Part shown: piece by piece, positions 8,626 through 16,613 of the stretch
How positions within the stretch are numbered: the stretch's first letter is position 1
How the letters are laid out: the number at the start of each line of letters is the position of its first letter
IMG/VR virus record: IMGVR_UViG_3300029305_003072
Length of the DNA: 64,000 bases
Reading direction: 5' to 3' (one strand)
From: a virus
Lineage: Duplodnaviria; Heunggongvirae; Uroviricota; Caudoviricetes
The notes under the pieces: model-generated
Told to the model about the DNA's origin: nothing
Databases searched by the model: none
What the model saw: the letters and a program-made list of their open reading frames with translations, nothing else
Program-made: the position numbers and the translations under genes

Positions 8626-8661
8626 ATTATTATTATACAAAAATTTTTTCAGAAAATCAAC
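8626..8661 (-). promoter_or_regulatory. promoter (TTGATT-17-TATAAT), cassette variant H
   Basis: -10 at plus 8632-8637 and -35 at 8655-8660. Confidence 0.65.
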
Positions 8662-8789
8662 GGATGGATGCGACCAACCGTACGACTTTTCCAGTGAACG
8701 GCACGCGGACAGTTTTAATGAACGGCTCCCGGACACATCTTAATTTTTATATGCTATGGAGCTTGCCCTCAACCGCACGCATCCGACAG

Positions 8790-8818
8790 TTGATTTTGGT
8801 TTAAAATTTTGGTATAAT
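8790..8818 (+). promoter_or_regulatory. rightward promoter TTGATT-17-TGgTATAAT
   Basis: -35 at 8790-8795 and -10 at 8813-8818; it shares the AAATTTTnTGGTATAAT core with the late promoters at 34112, 50283 and 60357. Confidence 0.7.
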
Positions 8819-8850
8819 AAAAGTAAGAAAGTATAAAGGAGGGAAGAAAT

Positions 8851-9420
8851 ATGATAAAGTCTATCATGGCCGGCTTTATGATTACTCTCGCCGCAGCCAT
8901 TTACTTAATCGTAGGTGGAGCGTTGGGTGCTTTCATGTTCTCTATTGGTCTGTTGACAATCTTATTTTTCCAATTCAATTTATTTACCGGCAAAGCCGGT
9001 CTGCTAGCGCAGCGCCAGATTAAACCTTTGTCTCTCGCCACGATATGGATTGGCAACCTAATTGGCTGTGCGTTATGCTCACTCTTGCTTTTGGCAACTC
9101 CACTGGGGGCATCTCTCACAACAGGGGCAGCCGCAATCACTCTGACAAGAATTTCCAATTTGTGGTTTGAAAATATTATTCTCGGTGTATTCTGTGGTAT
9201 TCTTATGTATATCGGAGTGAAACAGTATCCAACGGCGCCATATGTTACGATTCTTTCTGTTGCATCGTTCATACTCTTGGGCGCAAACCATTGTGTCGCG
9301 GATATGGCATATATGTTTTTAGCCGCGGACACCAAGATATTACTCCCAGCATCCGCGGCTCTTTTATTTACAACAGCCGGGAATGTTATCGGCTGTAATT
9401 TAATTCCTTATTCGCAGTAG
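8851..9420 (+). CDS. integral membrane protein, ~6 TM, small-transporter-like (189 aa)
   Basis: Strong SD AAGGAGGG upstream and hydrophobic throughout; architecture resembles vitamin/ECF S-component or PnuC-like carriers, but function is not established. It terminates with TAG. Confidence 0.6.
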   Translation: MIKSIMAGFMITLAAAIYLIVGGALGAFMFSIGLLTILFFQFNLFTGKAGLLAQRQIKPLSLATIWIGNLIGCALCSLLLLATPLGASLTTGAAAITLTRISNLWFENIILGVFCGILMYIGVKQYPTAPYVTILSVASFILLGANHCVADMAYMFLAADTKILLPASAALLFTTAGNVIGCNLIPYSQ

Positions 9421-9779
9421 CAATCTGCGTCATCGTCGTCATAATCATCATCATAACCGTCGTAATCATCGGGGAAGTCGTCGGCTACGGGGACTACGTG
9501 ATAAGTAATCCAACCTTCGATTTCCTCGGTTAATGCGATGTCGACATCTTCGGGGTCAACCTGTTCGATATCTCCATCGTATTCATCGTCGGCAATGGTT
9601 TGACGCATAGAATCCCAGGTATAGAGTCCGTGGTAACCACCGTAAGACTCATATTCCTCAATGGCAACCTCGCGAGCATATGTTTCAGCTTCAGCCTGGC
9701 TGCCGCACTCATAGACTTCACAGAAGTGTGAGCCTCCAAAACCACCAGACAAGCCGGCATAAATTTTAAACTTCGGCAT
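9408..9779 (-). CDS. highly acidic protein (123 aa; C-terminal DDFPDDYDGYDDDYDDDDAD)
   Basis: Minus ORF with an extreme Asp/Glu/Tyr composition, as in DNA-mimic anti-restriction proteins. Confidence 0.55.
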   Translation of the reverse strand: MPKFKIYAGLSGGFGGSHFCEVYECGSQAEAETYAREVAIEEYESYGGYHGLYTWDSMRQTIADDEYDGDIEQVDPEDVDIALTEEIEGWITYHVVPVADDFPDDYDGYDDDYDDDDADCYCE

Positions 9780-10119
9780 TTTCTACCTTCCTTCCTACGA
9801 GGTGGCAGTCTCGCCGCACACACTCGATTATCACTTTTTCAAGAGTATCTAAACCAGTATCTGGTTCAAATGCGGTTAGCCAAACGGGACAGCTGCCGCA
9901 GTAGTTACAAGGATAGGTGTCCTTGTGGTCTTGCATGGTCATATACGGCGTATGGACCGCCGCATAGTTTGCACAGAAAGCCATTCCCCATTGTGCGGAG
10001 GCCGCATGAGCCTCCGTACATTCAAGGGCTTTCTTCCATTCTTCACTCCCGAGACATTTGAGCATTTGACTCATAAACTCGTCTCGGTCGACATAGATTT
10101 TAGTCGTAGACTGGCTCAT
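9766..10119 (-). CDS. hypothetical protein (117 aa, Cys-containing)
   Basis: Minus ORF in an operon. Confidence 0.5.
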   Translation of the reverse strand: MSQSTTKIYVDRDEFMSQMLKCLGSEEWKKALECTEAHAASAQWGMAFCANYAAVHTPYMTMQDHKDTYPCNYCGSCPVWLTAFEPDTGLDTLEKVIIECVRRDCHLVGRKVENAEV

Positions 10120-10540
10120 AACTTACACCGCGGAAGTAGAACTCAATAGGACCCATGTTCTCAGACCAGTTCTTGGGGAAGAGAGTGCCGAACATAAAGT
10201 CTTCCTGTACAACAGCCAATCTGTCATACTCAGCATTAAAGTCTTCAATCTTCTCGTAGTGGCCGAAGCGCACCTGCTCATTGTCGCAATTACTTACGAC
10301 TTCATGGTACAGCATAATGTCATCATACTGTGCCTGCAGGTTACTTACTTCATTGTGGTAGATACCGCCGAGTACCATGCAGAAAGTGATGAGGGCTGCG
10401 CAGATAGCTACGCCGACATAAATGGTTTTACGGTAGGCCTTGGTCTTGAGACGCCCAAACACGCCACCCAGCAAAATGGCTGCAGCGGTTATAATGAGGG
10501 CAATGAGCAGAATCCAGACAATCATTACTTGTTCCTCCAA
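10100..10540 (-). CDS. hypothetical membrane protein (146 aa, two N-terminal TM helices)
   Basis: Minus ORF with the hydrophobic stretches IVWILLIALIITAAAILLGGVFG and YVGVAICAALITFCMVLGGIY. Confidence 0.5.
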   Translation of the reverse strand: MEEQVMIVWILLIALIITAAAILLGGVFGRLKTKAYRKTIYVGVAICAALITFCMVLGGIYHNEVSNLQAQYDDIMLYHEVVSNCDNEQVRFGHYEKIEDFNAEYDRLAVVQEDFMFGTLFPKNWSENMGPIEFYFRGVSYEPVYD

Positions 10541-10986
10541 TTTATTTTAAGATTTTGGCAGCCACACCCATATTCACGCATACAACCATGTTCTACGTGA
10601 TAACATGGGCAACCTTGCGCGCAGGTGGCTTCAACGCGCTTGGGGTTCTGAATTTGTTGCTGTACTACCATATTGCCTTGGCGTTGCTGAACCATCACAT
10701 ACGCTGGCTCCTGGCAGGTTTCGTCGGTATTGAACCGACATTGGATTACTTCCTTGCAAGTTTTGCAAGGGTGGCCGGTCGCGCAATTGTGGCAGAAAAG
10801 ATGGAATACTCCATTTTCCTCTTGGAGGTAGCTATTGCTGAGAATGAGATTACCACAAATCTCACAAATTTTGAGTTCTGTGGTAAAATACGGACAACCG
10901 CTTTCGTCCTCCATATTCGCATTAAAGACCGGGCACATCCCATTTTTTAGCGCCTTGAGGGCGCAGTCGCCGCATTTTCGTTCCAT
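10525..10986 (-). CDS. Cys-rich zinc-binding protein (153 aa, ~8 CxxC pairs)
   Basis: Minus ORF with multiple CxxC motifs. Confidence 0.5.
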   Translation of the reverse strand: MERKCGDCALKALKNGMCPVFNANMEDESGCPYFTTELKICEICGNLILSNSYLQEENGVFHLFCHNCATGHPCKTCKEVIQCRFNTDETCQEPAYVMVQQRQGNMVVQQQIQNPKRVEATCAQGCPCYHVEHGCMREYGCGCQNLKINWRNK

Positions 10987-10995
10987 ATTTTCTCC

Positions 10996-11349
10996 TTAGC
11001 AGTAACAATATGTTACGATATAGATGTTTGGATGACCCCACTTAGTATTGATTTCTTCAATGCTAATGCCGCAGTCAACCAACATTGCACCATACTTGGC
11101 ACCAAATGTGCCGTCGTCCTGTAAAACAGGCAAAGTCGCCAGAGTTTCGAGGCTTTTGGCATCGCCCCAACCGTCGAGTTCATAGACCATCTCACCGAAG
11201 AACCATTTCTCGTCCATATCGTAGCAGAACATTTCGTCCATAATTTCGTTATAGCGCTGAGGATTAGTGTCTTCGAGATGGCCCATTAACTCTTGTCTTT
11301 CTCTCTCAGAGAGAATATAACCTACGCCAACAAAAGTTCCGAAATCCAT
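10996..11349 (-). CDS. hypothetical protein (~117 aa)
   Basis: Minus ORF starting at MDFGTF, preceded by GGAGG; ATGG overlap with the upstream gene. Confidence 0.5.
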   Translation of the reverse strand: MDFGTFVGVGYILSERERQELMGHLEDTNPQRYNEIMDEMFCYDMDEKWFFGEMVYELDGWGDAKSLETLATLPVLQDDGTFGAKYGAMLVDCGISIEEINTKWGHPNIYIVTYCYC

Positions 11350-11594
11350 TATGCTTCCTCCAAGCAAGTCTTAATCTTTTCCCACACTTCGAAGGAAACG
11401 ATAGGGCACGCATCAAAGAGTTCCATATGCTGGATTTCCAACAGGTTATCACCGTACAGATGCTGCTCCAGATACTGGACCGCACTGGTAAAATCATTGG
11501 CGAAACAAAAACCGTGTTCAACTTTATCCTGGTTGGCTACATCGTCAACGACGAGAACACGGAACATACAAATAAAATTAAAGTCCTGCATCAC
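11349..11594 (-). CDS. hypothetical protein (81 aa)
   Basis: Minus ORF. Confidence 0.45.
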   Translation of the reverse strand: MMQDFNFICMFRVLVVDDVANQDKVEHGFCFANDFTSAVQYLEQHLYGDNLLEIQHMELFDACPIVSFEVWEKIKTCLEEA

Positions 11595-12045
11595 GCTCTA
11601 CTCCTTTCGTACAGGGGGTATCCAGGTCAACCGGCTCATTGTCCAGGCCGCACAGATACGTATTCAAAACTTCATCGTAAAAAGAATTGTCACAATATTT
11701 ACAGATGAGTGTATCACTGGGTACCTTATCAGCACAATCGCGGCAAATTCTATTGGCGTGTTTATAGTCTTCCGCAATCACGATAGTCCATCGTTTCCAA
11801 TGGTATTGCGGGTCGTCGGTGATATCACCAGTAATATCGTAGATACGACCGTCAATTTCGGTTGCAAAGTGGTTTATGACTTCATCGTAAACGGGAGTTG
11901 TGCAGAATGGACCGAAACGCTTACGCAGGATAGTCATAAACTGATAACACATTCCGTTGGAAAAACAGTCTACGACTTGCGGCCCGAACTTCTGGAACTG
12001 CTCGATGAAGTTAATGATTACATCATGCTTCGTTTCGAGTTTCAT
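11578..12045 (-). CDS. hypothetical protein (155 aa, CxxC pair near C-terminus)
   Basis: Minus ORF. Confidence 0.5.
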   Translation of the reverse strand: MKLETKHDVIINFIEQFQKFGPQVVDCFSNGMCYQFMTILRKRFGPFCTTPVYDEVINHFATEIDGRIYDITGDITDDPQYHWKRWTIVIAEDYKHANRICRDCADKVPSDTLICKYCDNSFYDEVLNTYLCGLDNEPVDLDTPCTKGVERDAGL

Positions 12046-12310
12046 CTACTCTGATACCTCCATATATGCGGTCCAGCGCCCGCAGTTTTGCCATTAAGTC
12101 GAAGTTATCAAGGCTTCCACCTTCGCCGTTCATACCTCTTTGGATTGCGGCTGCCACGATTTCCGGTACGAAAAAGCCAGGTACGAGATATTCTTTTTCG
12201 GCGTGAGCATAATCAATACGCACGATTGTACCCTCATCACACTCTTCACAGTTGATATCGTACATCGGGTCCAGATGAATGATTGAGGAGCCAATTCTCA
12301 TTGTTTTCAT
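12023..12310 (-). CDS. hypothetical protein (95 aa)
   Basis: Minus ORF. Confidence 0.45.
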   Translation of the reverse strand: MKTMRIGSSIIHLDPMYDINCEECDEGTIVRIDYAHAEKEYLVPGFFVPEIVAAAIQRGMNGEGGSLDNFDLMAKLRALDRIYGGIRVDETRNEA

Positions 12311-12612
12311 TCTTCATCCTCCTTCGGACAGAAAGCATCATATCGCACATTCAGTACGATATGATGGAGCTCGCCGCATTCAATCCAAGCGAAAGATACG
12401 GATGCACCGCTTTCATCAGGATAAGAATCCCAGATGCAGTTCCACTTGACGCGGCAGGACAGGAGGAAGGACTCCACGGCCCGCATACACTTCTCGGTGT
12501 ACTCCTTGGAGGACACGATGAAATCCGCACGGTCAATTAAGTTGTAGATGCCATCTTCAATGGCGGAAGGGGTGAAACCCGCAGAACCGATAGCCATATA
12601 GTTTACCTCCAA
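12307..12612 (-). CDS. hypothetical protein (101 aa)
   Basis: Minus ORF and first gene after cassette F. Confidence 0.5.
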   Translation of the reverse strand: MEVNYMAIGSAGFTPSAIEDGIYNLIDRADFIVSSKEYTEKCMRAVESFLLSCRVKWNCIWDSYPDESGASVSFAWIECGELHHIVLNVRYDAFCPKEDEE

Positions 12613-12724
12613 AGTCGATTTTTTCAGCCTTTTTCTTTCGACGAGAGAAAATGACGGGAAACGATTTTTACGGAGTCCGTCAGCAATCTTTCATCTTTTA
12701 TCTTTATCTCTTTCTTTACTTTAC

Positions 12725-12760
12725 ATATATATTATATCATAAATTTTTTATAAAATCAAT
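12725..12760 (-). promoter_or_regulatory. early promoter cassette copy F
   Basis: -10 at 12731-12736 and -35 at 12754-12759, spacer 17. Confidence 0.75.
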
Positions 12761-12857
12761 TAGCAAATAAATAGTTGCGGTTTGGAGAATCGTAGTGTCT
12801 AGGGGTCCAGAGACGAGAGATTGGTTTAGCTGACATAAAAGCGCTTTGGAGCCTCCC

Positions 12858-13060
12858 GGCCGCAAACTTTAAATGAAAAATGTTAAAAAATTAGACAGCT
12901 ATATTTTTGTTAAAAAATTAGACTTCTATGTATTTGGTTAAAAAAATAGACATCTATATATTTGTTAAAAAAATGTGTTAAAATTTTGTACATCTATATA
13001 AAATGTTAAAAATTTAGACTTCTATATCGTGGGTAAAACTTGTTAAATGGTTAACAACTT
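12858..13060. repeat. iteron array: >=5 direct repeats of GTTAAAAAATTAGAC-N3-CTATAT at ~28-30 bp spacing
   Basis: Repeats are visible at ~12866, 12894, 12922, 12950/12965 and 12990, and three more copies lie at 13715-13780 on the other side of the gene. Confidence 0.65.
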
Positions 13061-13086
13061 TTCTTAAGAATAGTTGGAAGGGAGGT

Positions 13087-13707
13087 GTGATTGTGTTAAA
13101 GATTCAACCAAATTCAAGACAGGTTCCCAAGGCTAAAGATATTTGTTCGAATAAAAAGTATTATGATATTCTTTATGCTTATCTTCAGTGTATCTCAACA
13201 AGAGATGAGAAGAGCGGAACTAGATATTTTTCAAAGAAAGATATAAATTTTAGTAAGCTTGGTGAGATGTTTAACTTATCGAGACAGACGGTTTCAACGA
13301 AGTTTAAGAATCTAAAGGAATTGGGTTTAGTTGTTGAAGCAGGAAAAGATACATATAGATTAGTTGAATTAAGTGCTGATTTAGCTTCTTTGGTTCCATA
13401 TGGGACATTAAAGTTAATTACAGACACTTTAAGTGAGAATTCTATTTCAACTTATATTTATTTATTGAATTGTTATTATGCTAATGAGTGTCGTCCGTTT
13501 TAGTTTACATTAGACCAGGTAAAGAGTTATATTGGAATTAGCACAAGCACGAGAAGTAATAATGATACCGTAACGAATATCCTGTATGTATTAGAAAAGG
13601 TGGGGCTGATTAAGTATTCATTGACTACAATGAAACAAGAGGCGGACACTTTTCAAAATGTGAAAACAATTTATCAATTAGACTGGTTAACTAATACGTT
13701 GAATTAA
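13087..13707 (+). CDS. replication initiator / replisome-organizer-like winged-HTH protein (~206 aa), read through an in-frame TAG at 13501-13503
   Basis: GTG start after GGAAGGGAGG, with an HTH segment LSRQTVSTKFKNLKELGLV. The frame stays open for 68 codons past the TAG and encodes a second wH-like segment (DQVKSYIGISTSTRSNNDTVTNILYVLEKVGLIKY) ending at TAA 13705-13707. Confidence 0.55.
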
Positions 13708-13714
13708 AGTGTTA

Positions 13715-13780
13715 AAAATTTAGACGCATGAGTGTTAAAATTTTGTACATACTTTGTTAAAAAAATAGTATCCTTATAAA
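13715..13780. repeat. second iteron cluster (GTGTTAAAAATTTAGAC..., TGTTAAAATTTTGTACAT...)
   Basis: Same repeat family as 12858-13060, flanking the initiator-like gene. Confidence 0.55.
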
Positions 13781-13872
13781 TAGAAATAGAGAACTGTCAA
13801 TCGTAAGAGGCTTTAAATGTCCCTTCGGGCCATTTAAATCCTCTATACGCGGGGCCGGAGGGAGGTATAGAA

Positions 13873-14091
13873 GTGATTATCTTAGATGAAAACAAATTAA
13901 GAAATGGAACTATTCGGATGATTGGAGAAGATTATGGTATGGAATTAAGTTCTCCAATTGAACATCCAGAATGGTATGAACAAGAAATCGATATGATTGT
14001 AGATAAATTTAAGTTTGATATTGATAGTTTCAAAGAAAGATTAATTGAAACTATTAAAAATGGTATTAAAGTAGAATTGAAGGTGAAGTAA
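13873..14091 (+). CDS. hypothetical protein (72 aa)
   Basis: GTG start after GGAGGGAGG and TAA stop; it overlaps the next small ORF by 1 nt. Confidence 0.5.
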   Translation: MIILDENKLRNGTIRMIGEDYGMELSSPIEHPEWYEQEIDMIVDKFKFDIDSFKERLIETIKNGIKVELKVK

Positions 14092-14276
14092 TGGAAGGTT
14101 TTGAGATACCTAAGGGAGCAGTAAAATTCGCTATGGGTAGTTATGATAAATTACCAGAGAATGTGGTAGAAGTGAAGGTATATATGCGAAGTGGAGACCC
14201 AAAGATGTATATAGTACCAATTTAGAAAAATGAATCGAAAATTGAAATTGAACCTTTGCTAGATAATCCATTTTTA

Positions 14277-14305
14277 ATTTGAAAATTAAAATAAAATTTT
14301 GTATA
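14277..14305 (+). promoter_or_regulatory. rightward promoter TTGAAA-17-TATAAT
   Basis: -35 at 14277-14282 and -10 at 14300-14305. Confidence 0.6.
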
Positions 14306-14397
14306 ATAATAGTAGGAAGAAAAACTGATTTCAAAATCTCGTTTGAAAATCTGAAATTGAAATCAAAAATGAAATGAAAATCGAAAGGAAAAATGAG

Positions 14398-14928
14398 ATG
14401 ACATTTGATTATAATACTTTAAAAAGAGCAGCTAGAGATGGATTAAGACTAGGTAACTGGAATGGTAAGGCTGTATTTGCTGCTCCCTCTAGTAGATTGG
14501 ATAACTTGGGAAGTGGTGCTTATTATATTCTCTATGATGATGAGAATAAGATTGTCGCCAAGACCAGCAACGGATGGAAGAGTTATGGTGAGGTAAGTGA
14601 GAGTGGTAGTGTAAGCGAGTACAGTAGTGTCCGCACTTATAGAACTCCCGCAGAGACAGCAGCAGCCGCACGCAAGGCTTCTACTTCTGGAATGAGATAC
14701 AGTAGTGAACCCATTCCGCAGGCTACTATGACTGTAAGCTATGCGGATTCCGCAGGAACTGGAGGTACTTACTCTCCTGGATATAACAGAACTGAAAGAC
14801 CTGTGGGAGATGTGAAGCTGGGCCTTGATGTTGAAGGCACATTGAAGAAGGCAAGAGAGATGACGGTTGAGAGCCTCTTGGAGGGATTCTTGCCGGAAGT
14901 TGATTTTGGCGTAATGGCTAAAGGTTAA
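14398..14928 (+). CDS. hypothetical protein (~176 aa, Ser/Thr/Gly-rich)
   Basis: Plus ORF. ATG 14398 is preferred over 14374, which is too close to the promoter; a terminator follows. Confidence 0.5.
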   Translation: MTFDYNTLKRAARDGLRLGNWNGKAVFAAPSSRLDNLGSGAYYILYDDENKIVAKTSNGWKSYGEVSESGSVSEYSSVRTYRTPAETAAAARKASTSGMRYSSEPIPQATMTVSYADSAGTGGTYSPGYNRTERPVGDVKLGLDVEGTLKKAREMTVESLLEGFLPEVDFGVMAKG

Positions 14929-14945
14929 GTCACTTCGCTTCGCTC

Positions 14946-14980
14946 GTGACTTTAGGGGAACACTGTAATGGTGTTCCCCC
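14946..14980 (+). terminator. rho-independent terminator (GGGGAACAC..GTGTTCCCC + TTTTTTT)
   Basis: A 9-bp stem followed by a T-run. Confidence 0.8.
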
Positions 14981-15104
14981 CTTTTTTTGCTCTTTTGGAA
15001 GAAATTGTGTGTTTTGCGGAGGTTTTGCGAGAGTGTGGTGGCCGATCGGCCCCAGGTATATGAATCGTATTTTCCACGTCCCCGTCACCGTTAAATTCAC
15101 ATAT

Positions 15105-15148
15105 AAAAAAATAACTCCCAGACCTTTGACAATCTGGGAGTTTCTTTC
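15105..15148. terminator. bidirectional terminator (A-run, ACTCCCAGA..TCTGGGAGT, T-rich)
   Basis: A 9-bp stem flanked by AAAAAAAA and TTTCTTTC, downstream of minus gene 15218-15685. Confidence 0.65.
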
Positions 15149-15217
15149 ATAATTCAATTTGCCTGCTCTTGGTCTTCGTAGCTAGCTATAGAATAAACAG
15201 ACGTCTTTCTCATCACA

Positions 15218-15685
15218 TTAATTAAACATCTTGATAAAATCGGCCAGAATTTGCTCGTCGCTCTTTGCCACAGGAGTAATTCTGCCGCTCGCAGGACCAG
15301 GGTGATGAAGACGCACTGAGCCGCTCTTGTCGGAGTCCAGCTTAGCCTCCAGGTCCGCAAACATCTTCTTCAAATCGCGCATGGCCGCAAACATCTCAGT
15401 GAAAGCCGCAACCAGCTGGTCCATTTCCTCGTCGGAAAGGGTCATCTCATCGGGGTCCATACCCTCCAAAATAGCCAGCTCCTTGATGATATCGACCATC
15501 TCTTCAATTAGGTCTCTCTTGGTGGCTTCCTTCTCTACCTCAGCCTGCTTTGCGGCCTCGGCCTCTAGAGCAGCATTGTGCTCGTCGATAGCGGCATTCA
15601 TCATTGCGGCAATCTCGTTGCCGATAGCAGTCATATCCTCACCATTCTGCAGACGGGTCAGGAAATAATTCTTATCAATAACCAT
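15218..15685 (-). CDS. acidic coiled-coil protein (155 aa)
   Basis: Minus ORF with SD AAAGAGG and promoter 15715-15750. Confidence 0.55.
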   Translation of the reverse strand: MVIDKNYFLTRLQNGEDMTAIGNEIAAMMNAAIDEHNAALEAEAAKQAEVEKEATKRDLIEEMVDIIKELAILEGMDPDEMTLSDEEMDQLVAAFTEMFAAMRDLKKMFADLEAKLDSDKSGSVRLHHPGPASGRITPVAKSDEQILADFIKMFN

Positions 15686-15714
15686 TGGTATATACCTCTT
15701 TCTTTTCTTATTGT

Positions 15715-15750
15715 ATTATTATTATACAAAAAAATTTTATAAAAATCAAA
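15715..15750 (-). promoter_or_regulatory. promoter cassette variant G (TTGATT-17-TATAAT)
   Basis: -10 at plus 15721-15726 and -35 at 15744-15749. Confidence 0.7.
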
Positions 15751-15763
15751 TGGCCGTTCGGCC

Positions 15764-15792
15764 TTGATTTTTATAAAAAAATATGTTATAAT
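15764..15792 (+). promoter_or_regulatory. rightward promoter TTGATT-17-TATAAT driving an ORF-less ~250-nt transcript
   Basis: -35 at 15764-15769 and -10 at 15787-15792. The downstream 15800-16050 stretch has no credible ORF. Confidence 0.65.
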
Positions 15793-15799
15793 ATTAAAA

Positions 15800-16035
15800 A
15801 AACATATTTTTACCGGTCGGCCCGCGTATATGCGGGCGGTTTTTGTAGGACCGGTCGGCTCCCGACCGGGGCTCACTTTACGGGAAAATTAAGTGCATAT
15901 GAAAAGTCGCTAGAAGTAGCAAAAAATTTGCATATGGGGTGTACCGGTCGGAAAATCGGGCCTTGGCCTCCGTCCGCGGCCCGTTGAACCCCACCATTAT
16001 TATACCATACCGGGCCGCACTTGTCAAGTGGTAAA
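15800..16035 (+). ncRNA. candidate structured non-coding RNA (three ACCGGTCGG-containing hairpins); region is also transcribed antisense from the 15999-16027 promoter
   Basis: No ORF of 60 aa or more with an SD. Hairpins are CCCGCGTATATGCGGG, CCGGTCGGCTCCCGACCGG and CCGGTCGGAAAATCGGGCC, and the region lies between convergent consensus promoters. Confidence 0.4.
15999..16027 (-). promoter_or_regulatory. leftward promoter TTGACA-17-TATAAT
   Basis: Minus strand reads TTGACAagtgcggcccggtatggTATAAT. Confidence 0.65.
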
Positions 16036-16036
16036 A

Positions 16037-16068
16037 TGAAAAAAAAATGAGACCCCTGCGGGGGTCTC
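16037..16068 (-). terminator. rho-independent terminator (GAGACCCCTGCGGGGGTCTC preceded by A9 on plus)
   Basis: An 8-bp GC stem with a U-run on the minus-strand RNA. Confidence 0.65.
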
Positions 16069-16264
16069 ACCACCAATTCGGACCGAGGTCATCCAGCGTA
16101 TAGCGGTCTTCGACTTCCGCAATGTCATCGAAAAACTCGCCATCCTCGCAACAGTTACAGCAAGCCACATCGTCTGTGGTTTCCTGCCCCACATGGGTAC
16201 ACCGCATGCATCTATTTTCTGCGGTGGGCTTGGGGTTAATGAATCGGGTTTTCTTATTCTTCAT
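16067..16264 (-). CDS. small Cys-rich protein (65 aa)
   Basis: ATG with GAGGAGG 9 nt upstream. It is one of three tandem small ORFs of 48, 45 and 65 aa between promoter 16538-16566 and terminator 16037-16068. Confidence 0.4.
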   Translation of the reverse strand: MKNKKTRFINPKPTAENRCMRCTHVGQETTDDVACCNCCEDGEFFDDIAEVEDRYTLDDLGPNWW

Positions 16265-16391
16265 CCCAGTCATCCTCCTCACAGGGTGCTTTGCCGAAGC
16301 CATCGAAATGACAGCGGGGGTAATCTTCGTCCTCGTCCTGCCAGTAGTAGCCACAGCCACTATCAGCACAGCCCAGATGCTTTTTGCTCAT
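16254..16391 (-). CDS. small acidic Cys-containing protein (45 aa)
   Basis: ATG MSKKHLG with GAGGA upstream. Confidence 0.35.
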   Translation of the reverse strand: MSKKHLGCADSGCGYYWQDEDEDYPRCHFDGFGKAPCEEDDWDEE

Positions 16392-16508
16392 TGCCTTTGT
16401 CCTCGCTTTCTTTGGGGTTGGTGTTGGATTCTTCTTGGCATCCGCATCTATCGCATCGGCTTTCGTCAATGTCGGTGCGCCAGTAGTTATCACATTTCAG
16501 ACAGTTCA
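16362..16508 (-). CDS. small zinc-ribbon peptide (48 aa; CLKCDN..CDRCGC)
   Basis: First ATG downstream of the promoter 16538-16566 and its conserved leader. Confidence 0.35.
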
Positions 16509-16537
16509 TTGTATCAGTTCCTTTCCTTTGATGAACT

Positions 16538-16566
16538 CATTATAGCACATTCTTGGAGATTTGTCA
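16538..16566 (-). promoter_or_regulatory. promoter, family 2 (TTGACAA-17-TGcTATAAT + conserved leader ..AAACCAGAAAGGAACTGATACT ATG)
   Basis: -10 at plus 16538-16543 and -35 at 16561-16566. About 25 copies of this promoter+leader lie between 16500 and 30300. Confidence 0.75.
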
Positions 16567-16613
16567 ATAGGTTTTTGAAAAATATTTTTCGCCGGGGTTT
16601 CCACTCCCTGCCT

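Noticed and set aside
11293-12054. 253-aa plus ORF.
   Set aside because: Antisense to three tightly coupled minus genes that have a promoter, SD sites and a terminator.
12858-13060. Possible CRISPR array.
   Set aside because: Repeats are AT-rich ~15-mers with irregular 13-15-bp spacers and flank an initiator-like gene; they are more consistent with iterons.
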